Positions 1 to 13,250 are shown, counted from the first letter of the stretch. The stretch is 64,000 bases of DNA from Malacoraja senta (GCA_038087875.1 CM075996.1:1986001-2050000); one strand, 5' to 3'. Notes: a model not told the origin generated them from the sequence alone. Made by a program: numbers and translations.

Positions 1-1875
1 CACGGGCCCGGTCCAGGACTTGACGGAGGTGGAGATCGTGCTCAGCAACGTCCTTACCGTAGACCAGGATGTCGTCAACGATGATAGCACACGGCAGACC
101 GGCGAACAGCTGCTCCATCGTCCGCTGGAAGACCTCGCTGGCAGAGTTGATCCCGAATGGCATGCGGAGGAATCGGAACCTGCCGAAGGGCGTGCTGAAG
201 GTAGTCAGGTAGGAGGACCGCTCGTCCAGCGGTATCTGCCAGAAGGAGCTCTTGGCATCGAGAACCGAGAAGACAGTGGCCGGGCCAACCTGTGCAGCGA
301 CGTCCTCCACTGTTCGCATGGGGTAATGAGACGTCTGATGGCAAGGTTCAGTTCTTTGGGGTTGATGCAAATGCGAATTTCACTTTTGTCCTTTTTCGCA
401 GCAACAACCATGGTGTAGACCCACCGGGTGGGTTCGCTCACCTCCTTCAGGATGCCCATGGTAACCATGTTGAGCAGCGTTAACTCCACCTTGTCCTTCA
501 TGGCGAAGGAGACGCGGTGTGGTGGACGAATCATAGGTTCAACACCGGGGTCGACAACGATCTTGTAGCAGCACGGCAGCTTGCCCAGCTTGTCATCAAA
601 ATGATCAGCGTATTCACGCAGGGGGTCCATAAGGGTCCGCACCTCGTGGATAACACGGTGGAAAGAGACCAAGCCGAGGTCCTGGCACGCCCGGGCACCC
701 AACAGGGTGATGTTGTTAGTATCCAGTAGATAAAAAATGAGGGGCCGAGAGGCATGCAGTACCTTGCAGTGCAGGGTAGCCCTCCCCACCGGAACGAGCA
801 CGCTTCCCCCGTAGGCAGGCAACAGGGAGTGATCAGGAGTAACTTTCTCATCAGTCCTTATCTTCTTGAAGAGGCTTATTGACATTACATTGGTCACGGC
901 CCCCGTGTCGAGTTTGGCGGTGAAGGTCGAGCCGTTGACAGTAACGCGAACCGAAGGGTCCGTTATCAGTGCAGGTGCAGCCAACACCGAAAATATGCTG
1001 GTCTCCCCCTGGGAGGAACTTGTATCAGACAAAGGGAGTTCATCAGGCTGGAACTGTGAACCAAGCGCGCTATCAGCTCGAGCAAGGTTGTTTAACATTC
1101 GGCGTGGAGCAGGAACTGGCTTCCCACGAGAGCGACAGGCGGCAGAGAAATGGTTCAATTTCCTGCAAAAGTTGCACGTTTTTTTCAGTGCAGGGCACAC
1201 ATTAGACTGATGGGAGGTAAAGTTGCAGTTGGGGCACCGCTGTGGGCTGCTACCCCCGGGTGCAGGGGACCCCCGTTGCCGTTGCGGGCCAGCGTTCCGC
1301 CGGCGGCCAGCAACACTGGTAAAGTTAATGTCATGATCAGCAGACGACACCGCCGAGGCGACAGCCTCAGCCATGCGGGAGGCGTGCAGAGTCTCGGCTA
1401 AAGACAGGTCGTGCTTCCGTAGAAGTTCAGCCCTTAGTTTTTCATCTTGAAGACCATACACTAAAATGTCCCGGGTCAGTTGATCGGGGGTCAGTGTGTC
1501 CAGGCTGCAACGCCTGGCCAGGTGACGCAACGCGGCGATATAGTTATCGATTGACTCTCCAGAGATCTGACGCCGGGTGAACATTTTAAAACGCTCTAGA
1601 ATGCAGTTAGTGGGGATGTCGCACATTGCGGTAAACTTAGCCATAAGATATACCGGGTCCTGAGCATCTTCACCTGCACCATAGACAAACGACTCAGCCC
1701 GTTCCAGGGCATCGGGACCAGCCAGGTTGAGAAGCAGAGAAGCCCGTGTAGCAGGGGTGGCAGCAGGATGGGCGATCGTGACGTAGTGTTGGAAGTCACG
1801 TCTAAAGACACCCCACCGATGGGCAATGTCCGAGTCGAAGACAAGCATGTCGGGTTTGCGGCAAGAAGTAGCCAT
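1..1875 (-). pseudogene. Gypsy gag-pol polyprotein (gag, protease, RT) with a frameshift near 330
   Basis: ORF 205..1899 with ATG at 1875 (MATSCRKPD) reads to ...NLAIRR; the RT continuation (HYPMRTVEDVAAQVGPATVFSVLDAKSSFWQ...IVDDILVYG) is in another frame. Confidence 0.85.
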
Positions 1876-1949
1876 GGCACGGGAGATAAAAAAACACAAT
1901 GAGGAAACAGGTCAAAAGTAAAGAAAACCCGATAAACTGGAGGCGCAAA

Positions 1950-1967
1950 GGTACGATGCTGACACCA
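1950..1967 (-). promoter_or_regulatory. Primer-binding site (TGGTGTCAG..., tRNA-Leu-like)
   Basis: TGG directly after the LTR-terminal CA; TGGTGTCAG resembles the complement of a tRNA-Leu 3' end. Confidence 0.65.
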
Positions 1968-2175
1968 TGTAAAGAGGTGTCATAACACACTGTGTCTTTA
2001 CTACTGTTTATTCATGATACACATACTTTACTGCCCTAGCTGTTCGTGGTCTGTCACCGGAAACCAGAGAGAGAGAGAGCACTGGGTGGGAAGGTTGTAA
2101 TTATACTAGTGATGTGGGGAGTGGTTAGTAGTGGTGAGGTCACTATGTTAAAGGTACATGCACATATCATCTACA
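1968..2175 (-). repeat. 5' LTR (~208 bp) of the Gypsy element
   Basis: Minus strand begins TGTAGA and ends TTTACA (TG...CA), contains AATAAA (2012-2007), and is immediately followed by the PBS. Confidence 0.75.
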
Positions 2176-2244
2176 CTGTCCAACACACATTAAGCACACC
2201 AACCTCAGAAGGCTTAGGAGGTTCGGCATGTCCTCAACCACTTT

Positions 2245-2540
2245 AGTTTTTTAGTTTTGAGATACAGCGTGGAAACAGGCCCTTCGGCCCATCAAGTCCA
2301 CACCGACCACCGATCCCCGCACGTTAACACACTATCCTACACACACAAGGGACAATTTAACATTTTTATACCAAGCGAATTAATCTACGGACCTGTACGG
2401 TTTTGGAGTGTGGGAGGAAACCTAAGATCTTGGAGAAAACCCACACGGTCATGGGAGAACGTAGAAACTCCGTACAGACAGCGCCCGTAATCAGGATAGA
2501 ATCCACGTGAGACAGTAGCTCTACCGCTGCGCCACCGTCC
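2245..2540 (-). mobile_element. HE1-like tRNA-derived V-SINE
   Basis: tRNA-like head, V-domain (ttttctcc...tttcctcccacactccaaa), CR1-derived tail ccgaagggcctgtttccacgctgtatctc plus ctaaa repeats; dozens of copies in the window. Confidence 0.8.
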
Positions 2541-2559
2541 TGCCCTTCAACTCTCACCA

Positions 2560-3325
2560 ACGTCTACAGATGCGCCATACAAATAATTTTATCAGGATGC
2601 ACCACAGCACGGTTTGGGAACAGCTCCATCCAAGACGCGTGAGAAATCGCAGCGAATTGTGGACGCAGCCCAGACCATCACACACACAAAACATCCTCCC
2701 TTCCATCGACTCCATCTACACCTCACGCTGCCTCGGCAAGGCCAGCAGCATAATTAAGGACCAGTCGCACCCCGACATTTTAAGCCCCCGGGCAAAGCAG
2801 TGCACAGGGGCCCCTACACTTCCAGTTTCTTTATGCCGAATCAAATATGCCGTCATGCACTTGCCATGTTCGTCTCCGTTTTCATGTTCTACAATAACAT
2901 TCTACAATACATAGATTAACATGGGGCCCCTATGCTCGTGGGGCCCCGGGCAACTGCCCAGCGAGCCAATGCGTTAAGACGGCCCTGCCCATCGGGCAAA
3001 AGGTACAGAAGTGTGAAAACGCACACCTCCAGATTCAGGGACAGTTTCTTCCCAGCTGTTATCAGGCAACTGAACCATCCTACCACACCCAGAGAGCAGT
3101 GTTGAACTACTATCTACCTCATTGGTGACCCTCGGACTATCCTTGATCGGACTTTACTGTCTTTACCTTGCACTAAATGTTATTCCCTTATCATGTATCT
3201 GTACACTGTGAATGGCTCGATTGTAATCATGTATTGTCTTTCCGCTGACTGGTTAGCACGCAACAAAAGATTTTCACTGTACCTCGGTACACGTGACAAT
3301 AAACTGAACTGAACTGAACTGAACA
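2560..3325 (+). mobile_element. Rex1/Babar-like LINE 3' fragment interrupted by a hAT-like DNA transposon fragment (~2775-2986)
   Basis: Peptide LPSIDSIYTSRCLGKASSIIKDQSHP resumes as GKRYRSVKTHTSRFRDSFFPAVIRQLN after an insert ending ...ttaagacggccctg; (ctgaa)n tail. Confidence 0.7.
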
Positions 3326-3507
3326 ATGCCTGGTACTCCTGCTTGGTCAAGGAGATGAATGCGGCCGGAACGGTGATGTCCATCATGGTATCAAGAGTGT
3401 TTTATTGTCGTGTGTCCCAGATAGAATAATTCTTACATACAGCAGCACAACAGAATATGTAAACATAGTACACTGTAAATAATATAGTAATGAGATAAAC
3501 AGTTCAA

Positions 3508-3913
3508 TGTGTATATATATACACGCATACACAAGCACACGCTCACATACACATGTGCATACACACCCTCACACGCTCACACACACATGCACATACACAC
3601 CCTCACACACACACATGTGCACACATACACATGTGCATATACACGCACACATGCACACACATGCGCATACACACCCTCACATACACACCCTCACACACAC
3701 ATGTGCATATACATGCACACATGCGCATACAGACCCTCACATACACACCCTCACACACACATGTGCACACACATACACATGTGCATATACACACACACAT
3801 GCACATGCATGCGCATACACACCCTCACACACACACACACACATGTGCACACACACACACATACACATGTGCATATACACGCACACATGCACATACATGC
3901 GCATGCACACCCT

Positions 3914-3944
<31 letters not shown>

Positions 3945-4103
3945 ACACAAGCACATACACATGTGCATATACACGCACAAATGCACGCACACACACGCAT
4001 GCATACACGCACACTCACACACACACGAACACACGCACACACACACACTCATACACATGCACACACTCGCATGCGCTCACACGCACGCTCATATACATAT
4101 ATA
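3508..4103. repeat. CA-rich degenerate microsatellite/minisatellite
   Basis: (CA)n with recurring catgtgcatatac/accctc units. Confidence 0.95.
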
Positions 4104-7100
4104 GATGTAGGAAGGAACTGCAGGTGCTGGAGCATCTCTGGAGGAAAGGGAACGAAAGCAATTGTTTCTTTGGCAATGCTGGAGTTAATAGTGGACTTGG
4201 CCTAACTGACGGAAACAAATACAGTGCTGGTGCGCTGGGAGTCAATCAAGGCCAGATTGAATGACTAACCTTCAGGAATCACCGATCGATTTCCCAGCCG
4301 CTCTCAGCAACCAGCAGTGCCGCACCTTGGGCCTGTTCTGCACTCAGTGTGTAACCATCGCAAGTGGCTTGGTGGTGTAAGGGGACTGGAGTCGTCCACA
4401 ATCCAACTGTGTGTGTTTAGTTTAGGCTCTTGAGTGTCATAATGATTATTTTGGCAGTCGACATCTGTGGACCGAATACCTTAGACTTTAGAGACACAGC
4501 GTGGAAACAGGCCCTTCGGCCCATCGAGTCCGCCCCGTACACAAGCACTATCCTACTCGCACACACACACACACACACACACTAGGGACAATATACAATT
4601 TTTTTTGTAAGCAAATTTTCGGTCGAGACCCTTCTTCAGGCTGATAAATAGAACAATAATGAAATACAAATGAACTGCAGATGGTTGTTTATACCAAAGA
4701 TAGACGCAAAAAGCTGGAGTAACTTAAGGGACCAGGCAGCATCTCTGGAGAAAATGGACGGGTGACGTTTCAGGTCTCTTAACGGGGGTTCCGACCCGAA
4801 ATGTCACCTGTTCATCTTCTCCAGAGATGCTGCCTGACCCGTTAAGTTACTCCAGCTTTTTGTGTCCGTGCGGGGAACTATATTCTGCACTCAGCTCTAC
4901 CCATTGTACTTGATTGTATTTCTGTATAATACCTGATCTCTTTGGATAGCATGCTCACGAACAAAGCTGTTCCCTGTACCTCATGGCATGTGACAATAAT
5001 CAACCTACCTCACAGAAGAAAGTGGATGAAACAATAGAAGAGACCCAGTACCCACAAGGAGAGGCGGTAGAGTTGCTACCTCACAGCGCCAGAGACCCGG
5101 GTTCGATCCTGACCACGGGTGCTGCCTGTACGGAGTTTGTACCTTCTCCCCATGACCTTTCTCCGTGATCTTCGGTTTGACGGTTAATTGGCTTGGTATA
5201 AAAGTGTAATATTGTCCCTAGTGTGTGTAGGATAGCGTTAGCGTGCGGGGATCGCTGGTTGGCGAGGACTCGGTGGGTAGAATGGTCTGCTTCCGTGCTG
5301 TATCTCTATACTAAAGTAAAAAAACTACGTGCTGTGTTCTTATTGCACAAGCCCAGGCAAAACCCTGCGTGGGTTTCCTCCGGGTGCACTGGTTTCCTCC
5401 CACACTAAAAAGACGTACAGGTTTTGTAGCTAAATTGGCTTTGGTAAAAACTGTTTTAAAAAAAATGTCCCGAGTGTGTGGAGGGTAGTGTTTGTGTACG
5501 AGGTGATCGCTGGTCGGTGCGGACTGGGTGGGCCAATGGGCATGTTTCCGTGCTGTCTCTCTAAAGTCTAAAAGTCTAAAGGAGAGAGAAATATTGAGGG
5601 CAGGAAAGTCATTTGGAACTAAAATAGCAAGACGTCGATAAGCTATTAGCCAGCAATATGTTAAATATAAAGCCACGGTTGCTGAGACTTCGAGAACACT
5701 GTATACATCTGTGTAGGAAGGAACTGCAGATGCTGGCTTGAACCGAAGATAGACACAGAGTGCTGGAGTAACTCAGCGGGACAGGCAGCATCTCTGGAGA
5801 GAAGGAATGGGTGACGTTTCGAGTCGAGACCCGTCAGACTAGTCAGGGGATAAGGGAAACGAGAGATATAGACGGTGATGTGGAGAGATAAAGAACAATG
5901 AATGAAAGATATGCAAAAAAGTAACAATGATGCAACAACAGGCCATTGTTAGCTGTTTGTTGGGTGAGAACGAGAAGCTGGTGCGACTTGGGTGGGGGAG
6001 GGATGGAGAGAGAGGGAATGCCGGGGCTATATGAAGTTAGATAAATCACTATTCATACCACTGGGTTGTAATCGAAGATTGACACATATTGCTGGAGTAA
6101 CTCAGCGGGACAGGCAGCATCTCTGGAGAGAAGGATTGGGTGACGTTTCGGGTCGAGACCCTTCTTTGGTGATGTAGAGAGATAAAGAACAATGAATGTA
6201 TAGATGATGATGTAACATGCACCTATGCAGGAGTGGGGTCCCAACCTGAAACGTCACCTATCCATGTTCTCCACAGATGCTGCCTGACCCGCTGAGTTAC
6301 TCCAGCACTCTGTGAAACGTCACCTATCCATGTTCTCCACAGATGCTGCCTGACCCGCTGAGTTACTCCAGCACTTTGTGTCTATGCGGAGAACTATGCT
6401 CTGCACTCTATAACTCAGAAGGCGGTGGAGGCCAATTCTCTGGATGCTTTCAAGAGAGAGTGAGATAGAGCTCTCAAAGATAGCGGAGTCAAGGGGATAT
6501 GGGGAGAAGGCATGAACGGGGTACTGATTGGGGATGATCAGCCATGATCACAGTGAATGGTGGTGCTGGCTCGAAGGGCCAAATGGCCTACTCCTGCACC
6601 TGTTGTCTATTGTCTATTATCTTTCCCCTTTGCTCTACCTGTTGTATTTGAGTACGAGGAGTGCTGATCCCGTTCTGCTGTGTCTTTGCTTTTCTTGACG
6701 TCCTCTGAGCGAGGGCTATATGTATGTAGTGATGTTTGTATTTAATCTATGAACCACTGTTGTATAACGTTAGTATCTCCACCAATGTAAAGCACTTTGG
6801 TTAACGAGAGTTGTTTTTTAAATGTGCTATAGAAATAAAAGTGGCTTCACTTGACTTGACTTTGCTACTGATGTTTCCTCAGTAGCGGCCGTGAATTCGC
6901 TGTGGATTTTTTAAGTTAATTTAGCGGATTAATGGCTGCACAGCCTGGCAGTTTCCACATGGCCCCCCAAGCGCAGGGCAGGTGCTTGTTATGTTGGAAA
7001 CCTCTCCTCCCTCCGCCTGCCAGCTGCAGCCTGCTGCTCCTCTGAGCGGGCGGGCACAGCACCCGAGGGTGGGCGCGCCCTGGGCAAAGGGTGCTGCCCG

Positions 7101-7194
7101 ATCCCCCTGAGAGCATCGCCCGGGGTGGAGGTGAGACTGGGCGCAGGGGCACGGCACGGTGGGGAGGGGGCAAAGGAGACTGAGGGTTCCCTAA

Positions 7195-7457
7195 CTCCCC
7201 CCTCACCCCCCCCACCACCCCCCTCACCCCCCCACCAGCCCCCCTCACCCCCCCCTCACCCCCCCTCATCTCCCCCACCACCCACCCCCCCACCATCCCC
7301 CCTCACCCCCCCACCACCCACCCCCCCACCACCCCCCACTCACCCCCCCACCACCCCCCCTCATCCCCCCCATCACCCCCCCACCACCCCCCCTCATCCC
7401 CCCCACCACCCCCCCCCTCACCCCCCCACCACCCACCCCCCCACCACCCACCACCAT
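7195..7457. repeat. C-rich low-complexity tract (CCCCCA/CCCCCTCA)
   Basis: Direct inspection. Confidence 0.9.
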
Positions 7458-9367
7458 CAGCCTTGGTTCCAGCACAAACACAGTGCCCTTCGGCCCATCA
7501 GGTCCATGCCAACCACTAAGTATGTAGAACATCGGGCAGTACGGCACGGGAACAGGCCTTTCAGCCCATCAGGTCCATGCTAACCGGCTTCAACCCATTG
7601 AGTCTGAAGAAGGGTGGTTCAGTGACAGAGTTGCTGCCTTACAGCGCTTACAGCGCCAGAGACCCGGGTTCGATCCTGGCTACGGGTGCTGCCTGTACGG
7701 AGTTTGTACGTTCTCCCCGTGACCTTCATGGGTTTACTGCCAGATCTTCGGTTTCCCTGCAACCGTTACTAATTCTGCCCGCGTTAACAGAGGCTGCTGA
7801 TGTCAGTAATAATCCAGGGTATTTGGGGAATTTCTAATCGTTCAAAAATGTCTTGGATTTAGAACTCAAGAAAATAGGCCATTCAGCCCCTCAGGTCTAC
7901 TTCTCAGTTAATACTATCACGACTGATCTGCCCCGTCTGCCCCTGAGTTTGGATGATCAGCCATGATCATATTGAATGGCGGTGCAGGCTCGAAGGGCCG
8001 AATGGCCTACTCCTGCACCTATTTTCTATGTTTCTATGTTTCTATGCCACATCTCTTCACAGCCAGAACCCCATTGTCCTCAATTCCTCAATTGTTTAAC
8101 CACATAGGGACAGCAGTTGTGGCGCAGCGGTAGAGTTGCTGCCTCACAGCGCCCGAGACCCGGGTTCGATCCTGACTACGGGTGCTGCCTGTACGGAGTT
8201 TGCACGTTCACCCCGTGACCTGCCTGGAGTTGTTGGAGACAAGGCTAACATTTGTTGACTGTTGCTCAATGCCCTGCAGGGGGGCGGCGGTGAGCTTTTG
8301 CTTTGCGCGGAAAAAAGCCCTTCGGCCCACCGAATCCGTGCCGACCACCGCCCCCCCCCCCCTCCCCTCCACCCACCGTATACTGTCTTTGGAATGTGGG
8401 AGGAAACCGGAGCACCTGGAGGAAACCCACGCAGATCACGGGGAGAGCGTGCAAACTCCGTACAGACAGCACCCGTAGTCAGGATGGAGCCCGGGTCTCT
8501 GGTGCTGTGAGGCAGCAGCTCTACCCGCTGCGGTACTGTGCTGCCCCTATGTGGCAAACAGTGTATGTTAGGTCTGTGTACCACTGTATGTAGCATGTTA
8601 GTACCTGCTCTGATGTACAGCACTTTGGTCAAGGTGAGTTGTTTTTAAATATGCTGGACAAATAAAATTGATTGTTAAAGAAGGAACTGCAGATGCTGGA
8701 AATAAAATTGATTGACTGGTTAAACAAATAAAATTGATTGACTGGTTAAACAATTGAGGACAATGGGGTTTTGGCTGAGAAAAGATGAGGCTTGGGACAG
8801 ATTAGCTGTGATAGTGTTGACCTGAGGGGCTGAATGGCCTATTTTCTTGTGTTTTCTAAATCGAAGAGACTTTTAAACGAGTATAAATTCCCCAAACACC
8901 CGTTTTATTGCTGGAGTCAGGCAGCCACTGTTAACGCCGGCAGAATTGGCGACGGTTGCAGGAGGGAGATTGTCATCGTTAGAGAGCTGAAATGAAAAGG
9001 GATTACATCCCACACCCATCTGTGAAGCAAGCACCCTTGTTAGAACAAGCAATCCACTCACACTTCACTGCTGCACCAGAGCCGCTACCTACACAGAATA
9101 TAAACACAGAAAAATTAGGCAGCTTCCCTCAATCTCTCCATTTTTCAATCTCAACCTCGATTTGTTTTAGAGATACAGCGCGGAAACAGGCCTTTCGGCA
9201 CACCGAGTCCGCGCCGACCAGCAATCCCCGCACACTAACGCTATCCTACACACACACTAGGGACAGTTTACACTTCCGCCAATCCAATTTACCTACAAAT
9301 CTGCGCGTCTTTGGAGTGTGGGGGAGGAAACCGAAGATCTCGGAGAAAGAAATCCACGCAGGTGGGT

Positions 9368-10712
9368 CTTGAGCGATTGGCCAGGTGGGCTGAGGAATGG
9401 TTGATGGAATTTAATACAGAGTAATGTGGAGTTTTGCATTTTGGGAAGTCTAACATGGGCAGGACCTACACTGAATGGCAGGGCTCTGGGGAGTGTTGTC
9501 GAGCAGAGGGATCTATAGGTTGCAGGCCCATGGTTCCTTGAAGCTGGAGTCGCAGGTAGATAAGGTGGTCAAAAAGGCTTTTGGCACATAGAAACATAGA
9601 AACATCGAAAATTGGTGCAGTAAGAGGCCATTCGGCCCCTCGATTCATTGTGATCATGGCTGATCGTCCCCAATCAATAACCCGTGCCTGCCTTCTCCCC
9701 ATATCCCTTGACTCCACTAGTCCCTAGAGCTCTATCTAACTCTCTCTTAAATCCATCCAGTGATTTGGCCTCCACTGCCCTCTGTGGCAGGGAATTCCAC
9801 AAATGGGACATTGGGCTTCATCAGTCAGAGTATTGACTATAGAAGTCGGGAGGTCATGTTGCAGTTGTATAAGACGTTGGTGAGGCCATATTTAGCGTAT
9901 TGTGTTCAATTCTGGGCACCATGTTATAGGAAAGATGTTGTCAAGCTGGAAAGGGATCAGAGAAGATTTACAAGGCTAGGGACTATAGGGAGTGGTTGAG
10001 TAGGCTGGGTCTCTATTCTCTGGAGTACAGGAGGATGAGGGGTGATCTTATAGAGGTGTATAAAATCATGAGAGTAATAGATTGGGTAGACGCACAGAGT
10101 CTCTTGCCCAGAGTAGGGGAATCGAGGACCAGAGGACATAGGTTCAAGGTGAAGGGGAAAAGATTTAATAGGAATCTGAGGGGTAACTTTTTCACACAAA
10201 GGGTGGTGGGTGTATGGAACGAGCTGCCAGAGGAGGTAGTTGAGGCTGGGACTACCCCAACGTTTAAGAAACACTTAAGGGCCTGTCCCACTTAAGCAAT
10301 TTTTCTCGGCGACTTGCATCCACCCGTCATAGTCAGAAGGAACTGCAGATGCTGGAAAATCGAAGGTAGACAAAAAGTGCTGGAGAAACTCAGCGGGTGC
10401 GGCAGCATCAATGGTCGCAGCAGGTGGTCGAAATTTTTCAAAATATCGACAGGTGACGCCTGTACGGTCGTGAATAGTCACCCAAAGAGTCGTATCTTTT
10501 TCTGGTCGCCGCTATGATGGGTGCCAGCAAGTCGCCGAGAACAATTGCGTAGGTGGGACAGGCCGTTTAGGCGGGTTCATGGATAGGACAGGTTTGGAGG
10601 GATAGGGACCAAACGCGGGCAGGTGGGACTAGTGTAGCTGGGACATGTTGGCCGGTGTGGGCAAGTTGGGCCGAAGGGCCTGTTTCCACGCTGTATCACT
10701 CTATGACTATTT
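9368..10712 (+). mobile_element. CR1/HER1-type LINE 3' fragment with nested insertions
   Basis: RT C-terminal peptides LYKTLVRPYLAYCVQFWAP and RGDLIEVYKIM...RTRGHRFK...FFTQRVVGVWNELP, plus CR1 tail. Confidence 0.85.
10278..10566. mobile_element. PIF/Harbinger-like MITE inserted in CR1
   Basis: TIRs agggcctgtcccac / gtgggacaggccgt, flanked by TTA at 10275-10277 and 10567-10569. Confidence 0.75.
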
Positions 10713-11139
10713 ATTCCTCTACCAACAGGCATGACTCCACACTTTGCTAAATGACCGGAATCGACCTGCTCATGAAGGAGCTGTTGACGTCTAGTCTAGT
10801 CTGGTCTGGCATGGAATCAATGGTGTGTAGGCCTGCAGGGATGTGGGACTGGGTTGGAGACTGAACTAGGTGAGGACTGCTGGTGTTTCTGACAGCCCAG
10901 AGATGCTTCAGGGGTTGAACGGTCCACTCCCGCTTCCACTTTACATAATTGCAATCAAGTTAGAATCGACTTCATTAATTAAAACTAATTTCAATTAGCG
11001 TCTCCTTGCTTCCGCAATCCCATGAAGGAGTGACAGGCCAATTTGTAATATAAACCTCTTCCAGAGATTTCACCTGAGCTTCTCAAGGGCTTCAAGTGCT
11101 CTCATCACTGAGTTGCCCTTCTGCTTCATCCTAGATGCT

Positions 11140-11560
11140 GGCTCGACTGGGCTTGTATTCACTGGAATTTAGAAGGATGAGAGGATATCTTATAGAAACG
11201 TATAAAACTCTTAAAGGGCTGGACAGGCTAGATGCAGGAGGAATGTTCCCAGACGTTGGGGGAGTCCAGAACCAGGGGTCACACAGTTTAAGAATAAGGG
11301 GTGGGCCATTTAGGACTGAGATGAGGAAAACACTTTTTCACCCAAAGAGTTGTGAATCTGTGGAATTCTCTGCCACAGAAGGCAGTGGAGGCCAATTCAC
11401 TGGATGTATTCAAGAGAGAGTTAGATATAGCTCTTAGGGCTCAAGGGATATGGGGGTATTGATTTTAGATGATTAGCCATGATCATATTGAATGACGGTG
11501 CTGGCTGGAAGGGCCGAATGGCCTACTCCTGCACCTATTTTTCTATGTTTCTATGTTTCA
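11140..11560 (+). mobile_element. CR1-type LINE 3' end
   Basis: RLGLYSLEFRRMRGYLIETYK; tail ggcctactcctgcacctatt(ttctatgt)n. Confidence 0.85.
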
Positions 11561-12671
11561 GATTAACCGCTGCTTCCCAACATTAGTCATAGAGCCACGG
11601 AGTCATCCAGCACGGACATGGGCCCTTCGGCCCAACTCATCCATGCTGGCCAAGATGCTCCATTCCTATGACCCAATCCATCTCTCCAGAGATGCTGCCG
11701 GACCCGCTGAGTAATTCCAGCATCTTGTGTCTATCTTCGGTTTAAACCAACATCTGTAGTTCCTTCCTACACATTCTCTGTATGCCTCATCTAAGCTAGT
11801 CCCAATTGCCAGCCTCTGGCCCATGTTGTAGACCTTAGAGAAATGCAGCGCGGAAACAGGCCCTTCGGCCCACCGCGTCCACGCCGACCAGCGATCCCCG
11901 TACACTGGCACTATCCTACACGCTGGCGACAATTTACATTTTTCACCAAAGCCAAATTAACCTACGAACCAGTACGTATTTAGAGTGTGGGAGGAAACCG
12001 GAGCACCCGGAGAAATCCCAAAGTCACGGGGAGAACTGGCGCACAAACTCCGTACAGACAGCGCTCGTAGACAGGATCGAACCCGGGTCTCTTGCGCTGT
12101 GAGGCAGCAGCTCTACCCGCTGCGCTTTGATGATTGAGCGGCACTTATGAGAGAGCTCCTCCAGGGGGCTAACACAGAGACAATGGGCAGAATGGCCACC
12201 ACCATGCTGTCAGACCCATGATTATAATCTAGGGACCTTACTCACATTAAAAAAAACACAGTTAAGACTGAACATTAAATGTGAATTTGTTGCATGTAGG
12301 CTCGTAAAATCTCGGCGTTATGATTGATCAATTAATTTATGATTGATTATCGTATATTTATTAGTGGAGTTGGTGTTACATTAACGAGCCTCCAAAGCAA
12401 GTAAGAATTTTATTGTTCCAATCCCGCTGAATAGGACTTGTGCATGTAATTGTATTAGAGCTCAGCTCAGAAACAGGCCGTTTGGCCCTACTAGTCCGTG
12501 CTGGTCCTCACCCTCACTATCCTCATTGAAATGAACCTGTTTCCACCTTGTACATACACTTTAGACCATAGAGCACGGAATTAGACCCTTCTGCCCACCG
12601 AGTCCGCGCCGACCAGCGATCGCCCCGTACACAAGCACTACCCTACACACACTAGGGACAATCTACAACAT

Positions 12672-12707
12672 CAGTCTGAAGAAGGGTTTCGGCCCGAAAC
12701 GTTGCCT
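12672..12707 (+). ncRNA. Minimal type I hammerhead-ribozyme motif in a Penelope-like terminal repeat
   Basis: CTGAAGA-A-GGGT(TTCG)GCCC-GAAAC-GTT; short stem I. Confidence 0.6.
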
Positions 12708-12721
12708 ATTTCCTTCGCTCC

Positions 12722-13250
12722 AAATCTGAGGAAGGACATCATAGCCATAGAGTGCAGAGAAGGTTCACCAGACTGATTCCTGGGATGTCAGGACTTTCAT
12801 ATGAAGAAAGACTGGATAGACTTGGCTGATACTCGCTAGAATTTACGAGATTGAGAGGGGATCTTATAGAAACGTACAAAATTCTTATGGGGTTGGACAG
12901 GCTAGATGCAGGAAGATTGTTCCCGATGTTGGGGAAGTCCAGGACAAGGGGTCACAGCTTAAGGATAAGGGGGAAATCCTTTAGGACCGAGATGAGAAAA
13001 ACATTTTTCACACAGAGAGTGGTGAATCTCTGGAACTCTCTGCCACAGAGGGTAGTTGAGGCCAGTTCATTGGCTATATTTAAGAGGGAGTTAGATGTGG
13101 CCCTTGTGGCTAAAGGGATCAGGGGGTATGGAGAGAAGGCAGGTACGGGATACTGAGTTGGATGATCAGCCATGATCATATTGAATGGCGGTGCAGGCTC
13201 GAAGGGCCGAATGGCCTACTCCTGCACCTATTTTCTATGTATCTATGTAT
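12722..13250 (+). mobile_element. CR1-type LINE 3' end
   Basis: ORF 12851..13156 RGDLIETYKILMGLDRLDAGRLFP...FFTQRVVNLWNSLP; CR1 tail. Confidence 0.88.

Larger units (their letters stand above)
1..2175 (-). mobile_element. Gypsy/Ty3-type LTR retrotransposon, 5' part (LTR, PBS, gag-pol); continues beyond the left edge
   Basis: Gag with Cys/His knuckles (CNFCRKLNHFSAAC), aspartic protease motif LDTGA, and RT motifs (LDAKSSFWQIPL, RMPFGINSASEVFQ, IVDDILV) in Gypsy order, preceded by an LTR and PBS. Confidence 0.93.
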
